From IMG/VR virus record IMGVR_UViG_2209111019_000003, positions 1-64,000 of that record: a stretch of DNA of 64,000 bases; one strand, 5' to 3'. This DNA comes from a virus. Lineage: Duplodnaviria > Caudoviricetes. The translations under genes and the position numbers were made by a program. Under the pieces are notes generated by a model. It made no database searches, was not told where the DNA came from, and worked only from the letters and a program-made list of their open reading frames with translations. The first letter of the stretch is position 1. Each line of letters opens with the position of its first letter. Shown one piece after another: positions 16,507 to 24,823 of the stretch.

Positions 16507-18048
16507 TTGGATGACGCGGCACGCGGCGACCTCATGTACGGAATCCATGAGCTGAAGGAATCTCGCCACGACTACGACAAGGCCGGCGCCTACTACGAGG
16601 GCCGTGTCTCCGAGGTGTTCTCCAGCCTGCGGCTGCGCCGCGCCCTGGCCATCCACGATCTGGACTTCGGCCTGAACTTCGCGAAGACGCCTGTCAACGC
16701 TGTGGTTGACCGGCTGGAGATCGCCGCGATCACCGGCAACGACGAGGCGACCGACGCCCTGATCTCCCAGCTGTGGCAGGACAACGCCCTCGACCTGGAG
16801 ATGCCCGACCTGCACCGGCGGGCCTGCGAGTTCGGCGACGCCTACCTGATCGTGCTGCCCGTCGAAGACGAGGCGGGCAACACGCTGCGGGTCGAGATGT
16901 ACTACAACTCCCCGCAGACCGTGCGGATCATCTACTCCGAAGAGAACCCGCGCCTCAAAGAGTTCGCGATCAAGAAGTGGTCGGAGGCCGGCTGCAACCG
17001 CGCCGAGCTCTACTACGCGGACCGCATCGAACGCTGGACCACCAACAAGGACCAGTCCGGCGACAAGCCCACCGAGTGGATGCACTGGCTCGCTGACCCC
17101 GAAGGCGACGACGCCTACGACTCCGAGTCGTGGCTGATCCCCCACGACTACGGCGAGATCCCCGTGTTCCACTACCGCACCGACCGGCCGTATGGGGTGC
17201 CGGAGCACTTCGGCGCCTACGGCCCGCAGAACGCCATCACCAAACTGCAGGCCACCCACATGGGCACCGTCGACTACCAGGGGTTCCCGCAGCGCTGGGG
17301 CCTCACCGACGCGGCGAACACCGACACGTCCGACCTTGACCCGGGCGACTGGGACGATGCCGAGTTCCCCCCGGACGCCAACGCCCTCGGCGTGAAGGAC
17401 ATCGGCGACGACAGCTCCCTGAAGGCCGGGCCCGGCGAGATGTGGCTGCTCCGCGGCTACAAAGCTGTGGGCGAGTTCAATGCGGCGCAGCCGCAGGTGT
17501 TCTGGGACCCGATTGGCGCGAACATTCGGGCGATGGCGCAGATCACGACGACGCCGACCCGCATGTTCGAGCACCAGACGATGATCCCCAGGTCGGGCGA
17601 GTCGTACAAAGCGGAGGACGATCCGTTCACCCGCAAGGTCCGCAACCGGCAGGTGTCGTTCGGTGCGACGCACCGGGAAGCGTTCGTGTTCGCCCTGCGC
17701 CGGCTCGGCGTGGAAGACCCCGTGGTCACGGTGCGGTGGACGCCGGCCGCGACGGTGGACGATCAGAGCGGCTGGCTGACCATCACCGAGAAGATCAAGA
17801 ACGGTGTGCCGCGGCGCCAAGCCCTCATCGAGGCCGGGTACCGGGCCGAGCAGGTCGACCTGTGGTTCTCCGGCACCGACGATGCCGAACTGGAACGGCG
17901 CGTGGAAATCCTCGCGAAGCTGGCTGCGGCTGCTCAGCAGCTAGGCACCGCTGCGACCCTCGGCGTGATCGACCAGGCGCAGGCATCCACGCTCCTCGCC
18001 GAGGTTCTAGCCGGGATCGACGCGCCCGAGCCTGCGGATGGCAGTTGA
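16507..18048 (+). CDS. Portal protein
   Basis: Follows TerL; RBS GGGAGG before TTG; 'YYEG', 'NFAKTPVNAVVDRL', SPP1-type portal features. Confidence 0.88.
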   Translation: MDDAARGDLMYGIHELKESRHDYDKAGAYYEGRVSEVFSSLRLRRALAIHDLDFGLNFAKTPVNAVVDRLEIAAITGNDEATDALISQLWQDNALDLEMPDLHRRACEFGDAYLIVLPVEDEAGNTLRVEMYYNSPQTVRIIYSEENPRLKEFAIKKWSEAGCNRAELYYADRIERWTTNKDQSGDKPTEWMHWLADPEGDDAYDSESWLIPHDYGEIPVFHYRTDRPYGVPEHFGAYGPQNAITKLQATHMGTVDYQGFPQRWGLTDAANTDTSDLDPGDWDDAEFPPDANALGVKDIGDDSSLKAGPGEMWLLRGYKAVGEFNAAQPQVFWDPIGANIRAMAQITTTPTRMFEHQTMIPRSGESYKAEDDPFTRKVRNRQVSFGATHREAFVFALRRLGVEDPVVTVRWTPAATVDDQSGWLTITEKIKNGVPRRQALIEAGYRAEQVDLWFSGTDDAELERRVEILAKLAAAAQQLGTAATLGVIDQAQASTLLAEVLAGIDAPEPADGS

Positions 18049-19061
18049 TGGCGTACAACTCCGGCGACCTGATGCGCCTGGTGCAGGAGGACCACACCGG
18101 CCAGGTGCGCGCCCTCGAAGACCGCACGAATCAGCAGGCTGCGGGTGATCTGGACGGGCAGTTCGACACGCTGGCCCGGAGCACCCTGACGGCGTGGGTG
18201 AAACTGTTCGGCGCCGCGACGGCCGTCGCCGCGGCAGGAGTAGCCCTCGACGGGATCGTTGCGGCTGTCCGGTCGGCTGTGCACCGCCTCTTGGACCAGC
18301 TTGGCCCGAGCGCCCGTCGCGCCATTCGCGACGCCCTACCTGCGGCCCTTGGTCTCGGCGCCACGCAGGGTGTGGAGTTCGTGCGGGCCGCTACCGGCCG
18401 GCGCCGTACCGCCCCTCAGTTGCGCGTGTTGACGGCTCTGGCGGATGAGGCGACACGGGTCGCGGACCTGGTGGCCGACCGTAGGGACCGGGCTCTGGCG
18501 CTCCTCACCCGCGGGCGGGTGACCCGCTGGTCGGATCTCCTGCACGCCATCGGCACGGCACGTTCAGCGGGGGCTGTGGTTCGTGCGCACACCGCGTGGA
18601 CGGTCGGGCAGGCTGTCAACGCGGGGCTGGATGCGGTCTCCGACGTGGTGGGCGCGGCCCGGCTGTGGGTAGCGGAGGCCGACGCGTGCGTGCGCTGCCT
18701 GGCGTACACCGGGCGTCTCGCGATCGTCGGGCACCCGTTCCCTGGGGGCCTTTCGTGGGATCCTCGCTCGCGGATCATCGGCGCCGAGGCGATCGACGGG
18801 CCGCCGCTGCATGCTCACTGCCGCTGCCGCACTGTCGCCTGGAACACCCGCTGGAAGCCTGACGGGGTGCCGTTCCCGGAGGCGTTGCAGCGCGAGGCGC
18901 ACCGCTCCATCGCCTACGGGGCGGGCCGGCCCACCGAGTCCCGTGCCGCACGGTTGCGTGCGGTGCGGGAGCTGCTGAGGACCGAACCGGACCTGCTGCC
19001 CGCTGTTGAGGCCCGCGCCCGGCAGGCGCTGGCCGCCAACCGCTTCCAGGCGGCGGCATGA
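18048..19061 (+). CDS. Minor head protein (MuF-like)
   Basis: 'ACVRC...PPLHAHCRC' motif; position after portal. Confidence 0.8.
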   Translation: MAYNSGDLMRLVQEDHTGQVRALEDRTNQQAAGDLDGQFDTLARSTLTAWVKLFGAATAVAAAGVALDGIVAAVRSAVHRLLDQLGPSARRAIRDALPAALGLGATQGVEFVRAATGRRRTAPQLRVLTALADEATRVADLVADRRDRALALLTRGRVTRWSDLLHAIGTARSAGAVVRAHTAWTVGQAVNAGLDAVSDVVGAARLWVAEADACVRCLAYTGRLAIVGHPFPGGLSWDPRSRIIGAEAIDGPPLHAHCRCRTVAWNTRWKPDGVPFPEALQREAHRSIAYGAGRPTESRAARLRAVRELLRTEPDLLPAVEARARQALAANRFQAAA

Positions 19062-19123
19062 CCCTTCAGACCCCGGCGCCCGTGACGGGCCGCCGTGACA
19101 CCAACCCCGTGATGGGAGACACC

Positions 19124-19822
19124 ATGGGCATCCACCCGAGCACGATCAGCGTCCCGCCGTGGCAGGTCCTCGGCTACCGCAAGGACGGCCGGCCGATCCA
19201 CCCGATAGCAGGCGGCGCCGAAGACGACATCGACGAGCTGGACGACGACGTGGAGCCGGAGCCGCAGGACGAGCCCGAGCCTGAGCCGGCGGAGAAGCCG
19301 AAGCCGAAGCCGCCCGCGGCGAAGGACGACCCGAAGCCGGGCGACGACGACTACAAGGCCCCGTCGAAGGCCGAGTGGGAGCGCACGCAGGCCGCGCTGA
19401 AGAAGGCGAACGACGACGCGAAGCGGCACCGGCTCCGCAACAAGGAGTTGGAGGACCAGGGCCGCGCCAACGAGACGGAGCACGAGAAGGCGCTGCGGTT
19501 GGCCCGTGAGGAGGGCGAGGCGCGGTTCCGGGAGCCGATGAAGCGCTCCGGGGTGAAGGCGGCTCTGATCGAGGCTGGGTTCGCGAGCCCGGACCGGCTG
19601 ATGAAGCTCGTCGACTGGGACGCGCTCACGGTGGACGACGATGGGGATCTGATCGGCGTGGAGGCCGAGACGGCCCGCTTGCGGTCGGAGTACCCGGAGT
19701 TCGTTCAGGTGGACAAGCCGAAGCCCAAGGCGAAGCCCACGGCGGCCCCGCGTTCGCCCAGCACTGACAAGCCGAAGACCACGGCGGAGATCCACGCCGA
19801 TCGGATCTTGCGCAGGGCTTGA
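19124..19822 (+). CDS. Capsid scaffolding protein
   Basis: Acidic/Pro-rich linker, coiled coil, 'GYRKDGRPIHPIAGG' leader; precedes capsid gene. Confidence 0.8.
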   Translation: MGIHPSTISVPPWQVLGYRKDGRPIHPIAGGAEDDIDELDDDVEPEPQDEPEPEPAEKPKPKPPAAKDDPKPGDDDYKAPSKAEWERTQAALKKANDDAKRHRLRNKELEDQGRANETEHEKALRLAREEGEARFREPMKRSGVKAALIEAGFASPDRLMKLVDWDALTVDDDGDLIGVEAETARLRSEYPEFVQVDKPKPKAKPTAAPRSPSTDKPKTTAEIHADRILRRA

Positions 19823-19956
19823 CCCGGCGCGGTATATTCAGCATCAGGTGAATTGCTCCGTGACGGAGCAGCCCACCGCCCTGCTTTGCGAAGGCGCCCG
19901 TGATGGGGCCCGAGCCCAACATCTCGCCCCATCACGCCGCCCGCAGGAGGGCCCCC

Positions 19957-20871
19957 GTGGCACGCAACACACTCGAAGCCTGGATCCCAGAAGAGTGGGA
20001 CTCCTCCCTCGTCGTCCAGAGCATCCAGCAGATCAGCGCCGTCGAGGCCCTCGCCTCCCACATCCCCATGGGATCCGACACCAAGCACGTCCCCCGCACC
20101 GCCGGCATGGGAGTCGACGTCGTCGCCAAGGGCGGCGCCTACGGCGAGGACACCTCGCTGAACGACGAGGTGCTGCTGTCCGTCGCGAAGCTGGGCAAGG
20201 CCGCCCGCATCGCCGAAGAGGACATCGACGACTCCGTCGCGAACATCATCCAGGCGAAGATGATGGGCTGGTCCAAGAGCTACGCGAAGTTCCTCGACAA
20301 CGCGACCCTCGCCGTCACCGCCGCCGCATCCCCGCCCAGCGTGCCGTTCACCAGCCTGTACGCGCTGCTGAACACCACCGACGCCACGCTCAGCTACACC
20401 GGCGGCACGAACATCACCACCGCCGCGACGGCCGGCTCGCCGACCTACGGCGAGTTCTCCACCGCGATCGGCAGCGTCGAGACCGGCGACTACTTCGACC
20501 CGAACTCGATGGTCGCCATCGCGCACCCGGCGTTCCGCAAGAGCCTGCGCGGTGTCCTCGACCTGCAGCAGCGCCCGATCTTCGTCGAAGGCGGCGCCGG
20601 CACCCCCGACACGATCTTCAACGTGAACATCCGGTGGTCGCTCGGCGCGAAGACGTCCGCGGTCGCCACCAGCTCCCCGACCGGCCGCCCGATCATGGCG
20701 TTCGTGTCGCCGGAGCTGATGCTCCTCGGCATCCGGTCCGGCCCCGAGTCGGTGTTCATCGACGGCCGCGACGGACTGTCGGCCCTGACCGACGAGTCGA
20801 TCCTGAAGATGAGGGCGCGCCGCGGCTGGGCCTACGGCCACCCCAACGGCGCGGCGATCCTCGTCGGCTGA
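19957..20871 (+). CDS. Major capsid protein (HK97 fold)
   Basis: RBS AGGAGG; 'WIPEE', 'KLGKAARIAEEDIDDS', 'LDLQQRPIF'. Confidence 0.9.
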   Translation: MARNTLEAWIPEEWDSSLVVQSIQQISAVEALASHIPMGSDTKHVPRTAGMGVDVVAKGGAYGEDTSLNDEVLLSVAKLGKAARIAEEDIDDSVANIIQAKMMGWSKSYAKFLDNATLAVTAAASPPSVPFTSLYALLNTTDATLSYTGGTNITTAATAGSPTYGEFSTAIGSVETGDYFDPNSMVAIAHPAFRKSLRGVLDLQQRPIFVEGGAGTPDTIFNVNIRWSLGAKTSAVATSSPTGRPIMAFVSPELMLLGIRSGPESVFIDGRDGLSALTDESILKMRARRGWAYGHPNGAAILVG

Positions 20872-20885
20872 CCTCTCCTTCTGCA

Positions 20886-20917
20886 CCCGTACCGCCCACG
20901 GCTCCGGGCGGTACGGG
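20886..20917 (+). terminator. Stem-loop after the capsid gene
   Basis: CCCGTACCGCCC / GGGCGGTACGGG 12-bp stem. Confidence 0.65.
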
Positions 20918-20938
20918 CCACCCGTTGGGAGGTGAGCC

Positions 20939-21316
20939 ATGGCAACCAGCAAGAACGCCACCAGCACGCGGGCCAAGCAGTTCCCCGCGAAGGCCGGCGA
21001 GCCCGAAGTCGAGGTCGACGAGCGGTCCGCGGACGGCTCGGAAGGCGTCCGGCACGTCAAGGAATTCGTGGTCCTGGCCCGCGAATGGGCTGACAGCGAC
21101 GACGCGCACGAGGCGAACAAGGCCGCGGTCGCCAACGAGGCGATCCAGCGTGGCCTGCACCCCCGCGGAGGCGTGTCGTTCGACGGGGCGGAGGACCAGC
21201 CGGACGGCCAGTCTCTGACCCTCACCTACTCCGTGGAGACAGTGCCGGCGTCGGTCGACCACCGCCCGCAGGACACCACCACTCCCCGCAAGATCCTCAC
21301 CGAGGTCGACGACTGA
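20939..21316 (+). CDS. Hypothetical virion-module protein
   Basis: RBS GGAGGTG; position. Confidence 0.65.
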   Translation: MATSKNATSTRAKQFPAKAGEPEVEVDERSADGSEGVRHVKEFVVLAREWADSDDAHEANKAAVANEAIQRGLHPRGGVSFDGAEDQPDGQSLTLTYSVETVPASVDHRPQDTTTPRKILTEVDD

Positions 21317-21317
21317 C

Positions 21318-21758
21318 ATGGCCGCGGCCTGGGCTAACGCGAGCGACGTCATCAACGCCACGGGCGTGAATGTGACGGAGCAGCAGCTTGCCCAGGCCCA
21401 GGACGACATCGAGATCGCGTCCGGCCGGATCTACCCGGACACGCCGCGGCTCCGGCCCCGGGATGTCTATTGGCTGGGCAAGGCCGTCGGGCGTCAGGCG
21501 GCGTGGATCGCCGGGCAGTTCGGCTTGGAAACGCGGTTGGATGCCACGCAGACCCAGCAGGACGGCGTGTCGAACACGTTGACGACCGACGGCCTTGTCC
21601 TCGCACCCATGGCGGCCCGGGCTTTGAAGCGGGTGTCGTGGATGCGGTCCCGGACTGTGCATGTCCGCGCACCGATCGAGGGATTCGGGCTGGTCGGGAA
21701 CATCCTCTCCGAGGGCAACGACGAACTGGAGCCCTGGTCTCCGATGGGCGGTGGCTGA
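21318..21758 (+). CDS. Head-to-tail adaptor
   Basis: 'WANASDV...' N-terminus, size and position. Confidence 0.65.
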   Translation: MAAAWANASDVINATGVNVTEQQLAQAQDDIEIASGRIYPDTPRLRPRDVYWLGKAVGRQAAWIAGQFGLETRLDATQTQQDGVSNTLTTDGLVLAPMAARALKRVSWMRSRTVHVRAPIEGFGLVGNILSEGNDELEPWSPMGGG

Positions 21759-22087
21759 TGCAGGCCATCGCCACCACCCAACTGACCGTGCTCCGTGGCA
21801 CCAGCAAGGACGCCTACGGCGACGAGCAGGACACCGACACGCCCGTCGCCGTCAACATCCCCGCCAGCCTGACGGAGCAGTCCCGCCGGGTCACGACCCG
21901 CGACGATCCGACACCACGGATCATCCGCACCGCGATCGCCCGGGTGCCGGCCGGAACAGACATCCGCGACCAGGACCGGGTGCGGGACCAGCGCACCGGG
22001 GCCGTGTACATCGTCGATGCCCCGTCGTCGATGACCAACCCTGCCCTCGCCGTCGATCTGCGACTGGATCTGCGGCGCACCACCTAA
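21758..22087 (+). CDS. Head-to-tail stopper
   Basis: 'DAYGD', 'DIRDQDRV...Y.V' pattern. Confidence 0.65.
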   Translation: MQAIATTQLTVLRGTSKDAYGDEQDTDTPVAVNIPASLTEQSRRVTTRDDPTPRIIRTAIARVPAGTDIRDQDRVRDQRTGAVYIVDAPSSMTNPALAVDLRLDLRRTT

Positions 22088-22164
22088 CCGAACACAGCTA
22101 GGGGCCATCAGCTTGGGGAGACCAGGCGGCCCGCACAACGACCGGACCCGGAGAGGGGGCGGCC

Positions 22165-22536
22165 ATGGCAGCACGCGGTGCACGCATTGACCCGTCCGCT
22201 TCCGCGCATGTGGATGAGGCGATCGGGGACTGGCTCGGTGACGTCATCGGGCCGGCGATCCGCGATGACGCCAAGGCCATCGTCCACAAGAAGTCCGGCC
22301 GCCTCGCGAACTCCCTGGTCTCCGAGGTACAGGGCAAGGTGCTGCGCGTCGGGTCCACCGATGTGGACTACTCGGTGCCCCTGGAGATGGGCGCGATGCC
22401 CCACGTCATCCTGCCGGTGAACAAGAAGGCGCTCTCCTGGCCCGGCGCGGCGCACCCGGTGGCCTACGTCAATCACCCGGGCAACCGGCCCTTCCCGTAC
22501 CTCCGCCCGGCCCTGTTCCAGCGGAGGACGCCGTGA
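22165..22536 (+). CDS. HK97 gp10-like tail completion protein
   Basis: 'KSGRLANS', 'VGSTDVDYSVPLEMG', 'PFPYLRPAL'. Confidence 0.75.
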   Translation: MAARGARIDPSASAHVDEAIGDWLGDVIGPAIRDDAKAIVHKKSGRLANSLVSEVQGKVLRVGSTDVDYSVPLEMGAMPHVILPVNKKALSWPGAAHPVAYVNHPGNRPFPYLRPALFQRRTP

Positions 22537-22985
22537 CGACGCCCGTGCTGCGCCCCAACAACGAGCTCGTCACCACGGCGTTCCTCGTGAGCATCGTCGG
22601 GGACCGGGTGGCGACGACCCTCCCCAAGGACATCGCGGGCTGGGCAGAGGACGGCTTCGTCACCGTCGACACGGTCGGCGGCACCCCGAACATCTACCTG
22701 CCGATCCGCGAGCCCGTCATGGGCGTGCAGTGCTGGGCCGTCAACCCGAACAGCCAGAAGCCCCCGTGGAACAAGGCCGCGTCCCTCGCAGGCGCCATCC
22801 AGGACGCCTGCTGGGACCACCCCGCCGTGCCGCGGAATCTGGTGCTGCTTGGCGGCTACCCGATGGTGCAGGTCAAGAGTGCGTATCTGACGGGCGAGCC
22901 CCGCAGGGTCCCGGACGACCCGTCGAGCTATGCCCGGTACTCCATCCCGGGTCTGGTCGTGGTGTGGACGGTGATGCAGCCGTGA
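22533..22985 (+). CDS. Tail terminator protein
   Basis: Size and position; 'VGGTP', 'VQCWA'. Confidence 0.65.
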   Translation: MTTPVLRPNNELVTTAFLVSIVGDRVATTLPKDIAGWAEDGFVTVDTVGGTPNIYLPIREPVMGVQCWAVNPNSQKPPWNKAASLAGAIQDACWDHPAVPRNLVLLGGYPMVQVKSAYLTGEPRRVPDDPSSYARYSIPGLVVVWTVMQP

Positions 22986-23212
22986 GCCGCCGCTACGCAG
23001 TCGAATCGCTGCTCCCCCCGCGCGACCTCCTCACCTGGCGCGGCCGGGTCCTGATCCACGACTCCCGGCCCGAGCTGGAGTTCCTCCTCGCCGGGGACGT
23101 CCGGGTGATCGAACTGCCCCGGGATGTCCCACCGGAGCAGTGCATGGAGATCCGCTACCACCCTCAGCTCGCGTCCATGCGCTGGCCCCTTGACCGGAAG
23201 GACTTCCGCTGA
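22982..23212 (+). CDS. Hypothetical protein
   Basis: GTGA and TGATG overlaps on both sides. Confidence 0.55.
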   Translation: MSRRYAVESLLPPRDLLTWRGRVLIHDSRPELEFLLAGDVRVIELPRDVPPEQCMEIRYHPQLASMRWPLDRKDFR

Positions 23213-23394
23213 TGCACACCGTCCGCACCACGATGCGGCCCGACGTGGAGGTCGAAGTCGACGACGCCGACTACCTCGACCTGAAGCGGCAGGGCCTCCT
23301 CGTCGAGACCACCGAAGCGCAGCCGGATCCCACCCCCGGGCCGGCCGCACCCAAGAAGGCCGCCCCGTCGGCCACCACCAGCAAGGAGGGCTGA
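23212..23394 (+). CDS. Small virion-module protein
   Basis: 'VRTTMRPDVEVEVDDADYLDLKRQGLLV'. Confidence 0.6.
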   Translation: MHTVRTTMRPDVEVEVDDADYLDLKRQGLLVETTEAQPDPTPGPAAPKKAAPSATTSKEG

Positions 23395-23397
23395 CCC

Positions 23398-23973
23398 ATG
23401 GCGGTCACCACCACCAACCTCATCCAGGGTCCGGCGACCCTCTACTCCGGTGCGTTCGGGGCGACCGAGCCGGCCGACACTGCCGTCAACACGACCCCGC
23501 AGGCGTCCGCGTGGACGGACTGTGGCGGCACCCAGGACGGCGTGAAGCTGTCCATCGACCAGACCTATGGCGAGCTGGAGGTCGACCAGATCACGCTGCG
23601 CGTCGGCTCCCGCCTCACCAAGGCCGACTACATGATCGAGACGACGTTCGCGGAAGTCACCCTCAACAACCTCGCCTACGTCCTCAACGGCGGCACGCAG
23701 GCCACGGGTGCGGGATTCGCGTCCTACGACCCGAACGTGGCCTCCTCCGCGACGCAGCCCGCCTACAGCGCGATGCTCTTCGACGGCTGGGCGCCGCTGC
23801 TCGCCTCCGGTGGTGCGGCGCGCCGCCGGGTCATCGCCCGCAAGGTGCTGTCCACCGACTCCATCGAGGTCGCGTACACGAAGGACAAGCAGACCGTCCT
23901 CGCCGCGAAGTTCGCCGCGCACTACGTCTCCGGCGCGATCACCCCCATCCACATCGTTGACCAGACCACCTGA
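23398..23973 (+). CDS. Major tail (tube) protein
   Basis: RBS AAGGAGG; 'GGTQDGV', position before chaperones and tape measure. Confidence 0.85.
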   Translation: MAVTTTNLIQGPATLYSGAFGATEPADTAVNTTPQASAWTDCGGTQDGVKLSIDQTYGELEVDQITLRVGSRLTKADYMIETTFAEVTLNNLAYVLNGGTQATGAGFASYDPNVASSATQPAYSAMLFDGWAPLLASGGAARRRVIARKVLSTDSIEVAYTKDKQTVLAAKFAAHYVSGAITPIHIVDQTT

Positions 23974-24011
23974 TCGACGACCGAGCTCTGCCCGCACGAG
24001 GAGATCCACCC

Positions 24012-24425
24012 ATGGCATCCACCACCACCACCACCCGTCAGTCCACGGCCCGTAAGCGGACCGCTGCCCGAGCTGCTGTCCGCCCGCCCGCCTCCGTGGC
24101 GGCGGACGGCTTCGAGCCCATCCGGATCCTCGCCGACGAGGACGTCCCCGAAGACCGGACCACGCTCTTCTACATCGGCACCACCGAGTACACCGTCCCC
24201 ACGAAACTCCCTGCCGGCCTGGCCCTGGAGTACCTGCGGGTCGCCAAGCAGTTCGGGCAGGAAGTCGGCGCCGGCGCGCTGCTGTCGCGGGCGCTCGGCG
24301 AGGAGGCGTACACGGCCCTGGAGCAGTCGCGGGGCCTGACCGACGAGCAGCTCGACCAGATCATCAGTCTCGTCCTGGACCTGGCGCTCGGCCGGGCGGA
24401 GAAGGGGGGAAAAGCCGGGAGCTAG
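24012..24425 (+). CDS. Tail assembly chaperone (gpG analog)
   Basis: Position; ends just after slippery G-GGA-AAA at 24407-24413. Confidence 0.8.
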   Translation: MASTTTTTRQSTARKRTAARAAVRPPASVAADGFEPIRILADEDVPEDRTTLFYIGTTEYTVPTKLPAGLALEYLRVAKQFGQEVGAGALLSRALGEEAYTALEQSRGLTDEQLDQIISLVLDLALGRAEKGGKAGS

Positions 24426-24808
24426 TCGCCTGGGCTGGCAGGCCGCTGCGGCGGATCGGGGGCATGGGCTGCCTGGTCGCGGCGGGTGAGCGTGTGGAGC
24501 AGGTGCTGTGGGTGCTGGATCACGAAGCTGATCTGGATGCGGACTTCCTGGCGATCTACGGGATTGACCTGGACGTCTACGACATGGATGGCCCCCGCTA
24601 CCTGGCTCTCGCGCACCGGCTTCCGGCCTACCAGGGGGTGATGGCGGCCCGTGTCGATGAGGAACGCGACGACGCACCGGCGAGCAGCAGTGCGGCGCCA
24701 GCAGTACAGGACTACCAACCGCCGCAGGCCAGCGGCGACAGGCGAGAAGTGAGTTTGACGGCGTTCCGGATGCAGTTCCCGGGGCTCGTGTCGATAGCGA
24801 ACGGTTAG
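24410..24808 (+). CDS. Tail assembly chaperone extension (gpT analog) reached by -1 frameshift
   Basis: -1 frame is open from the slippery site to 24808; 'LDADFLAIYGIDL'. Confidence 0.75.
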   Translation, partial: KSRELVAWAGRPLRRIGGMGCLVAAGERVEQVLWVLDHEADLDADFLAIYGIDLDVYDMDGPRYLALAHRLPAYQGVMAARVDEERDDAPASSSAAPAVQDYQPPQASGDRREVSLTAFRMQFPGLVSIANG

Positions 24809-24823
24809 CGAGGGGAGGCAGGC

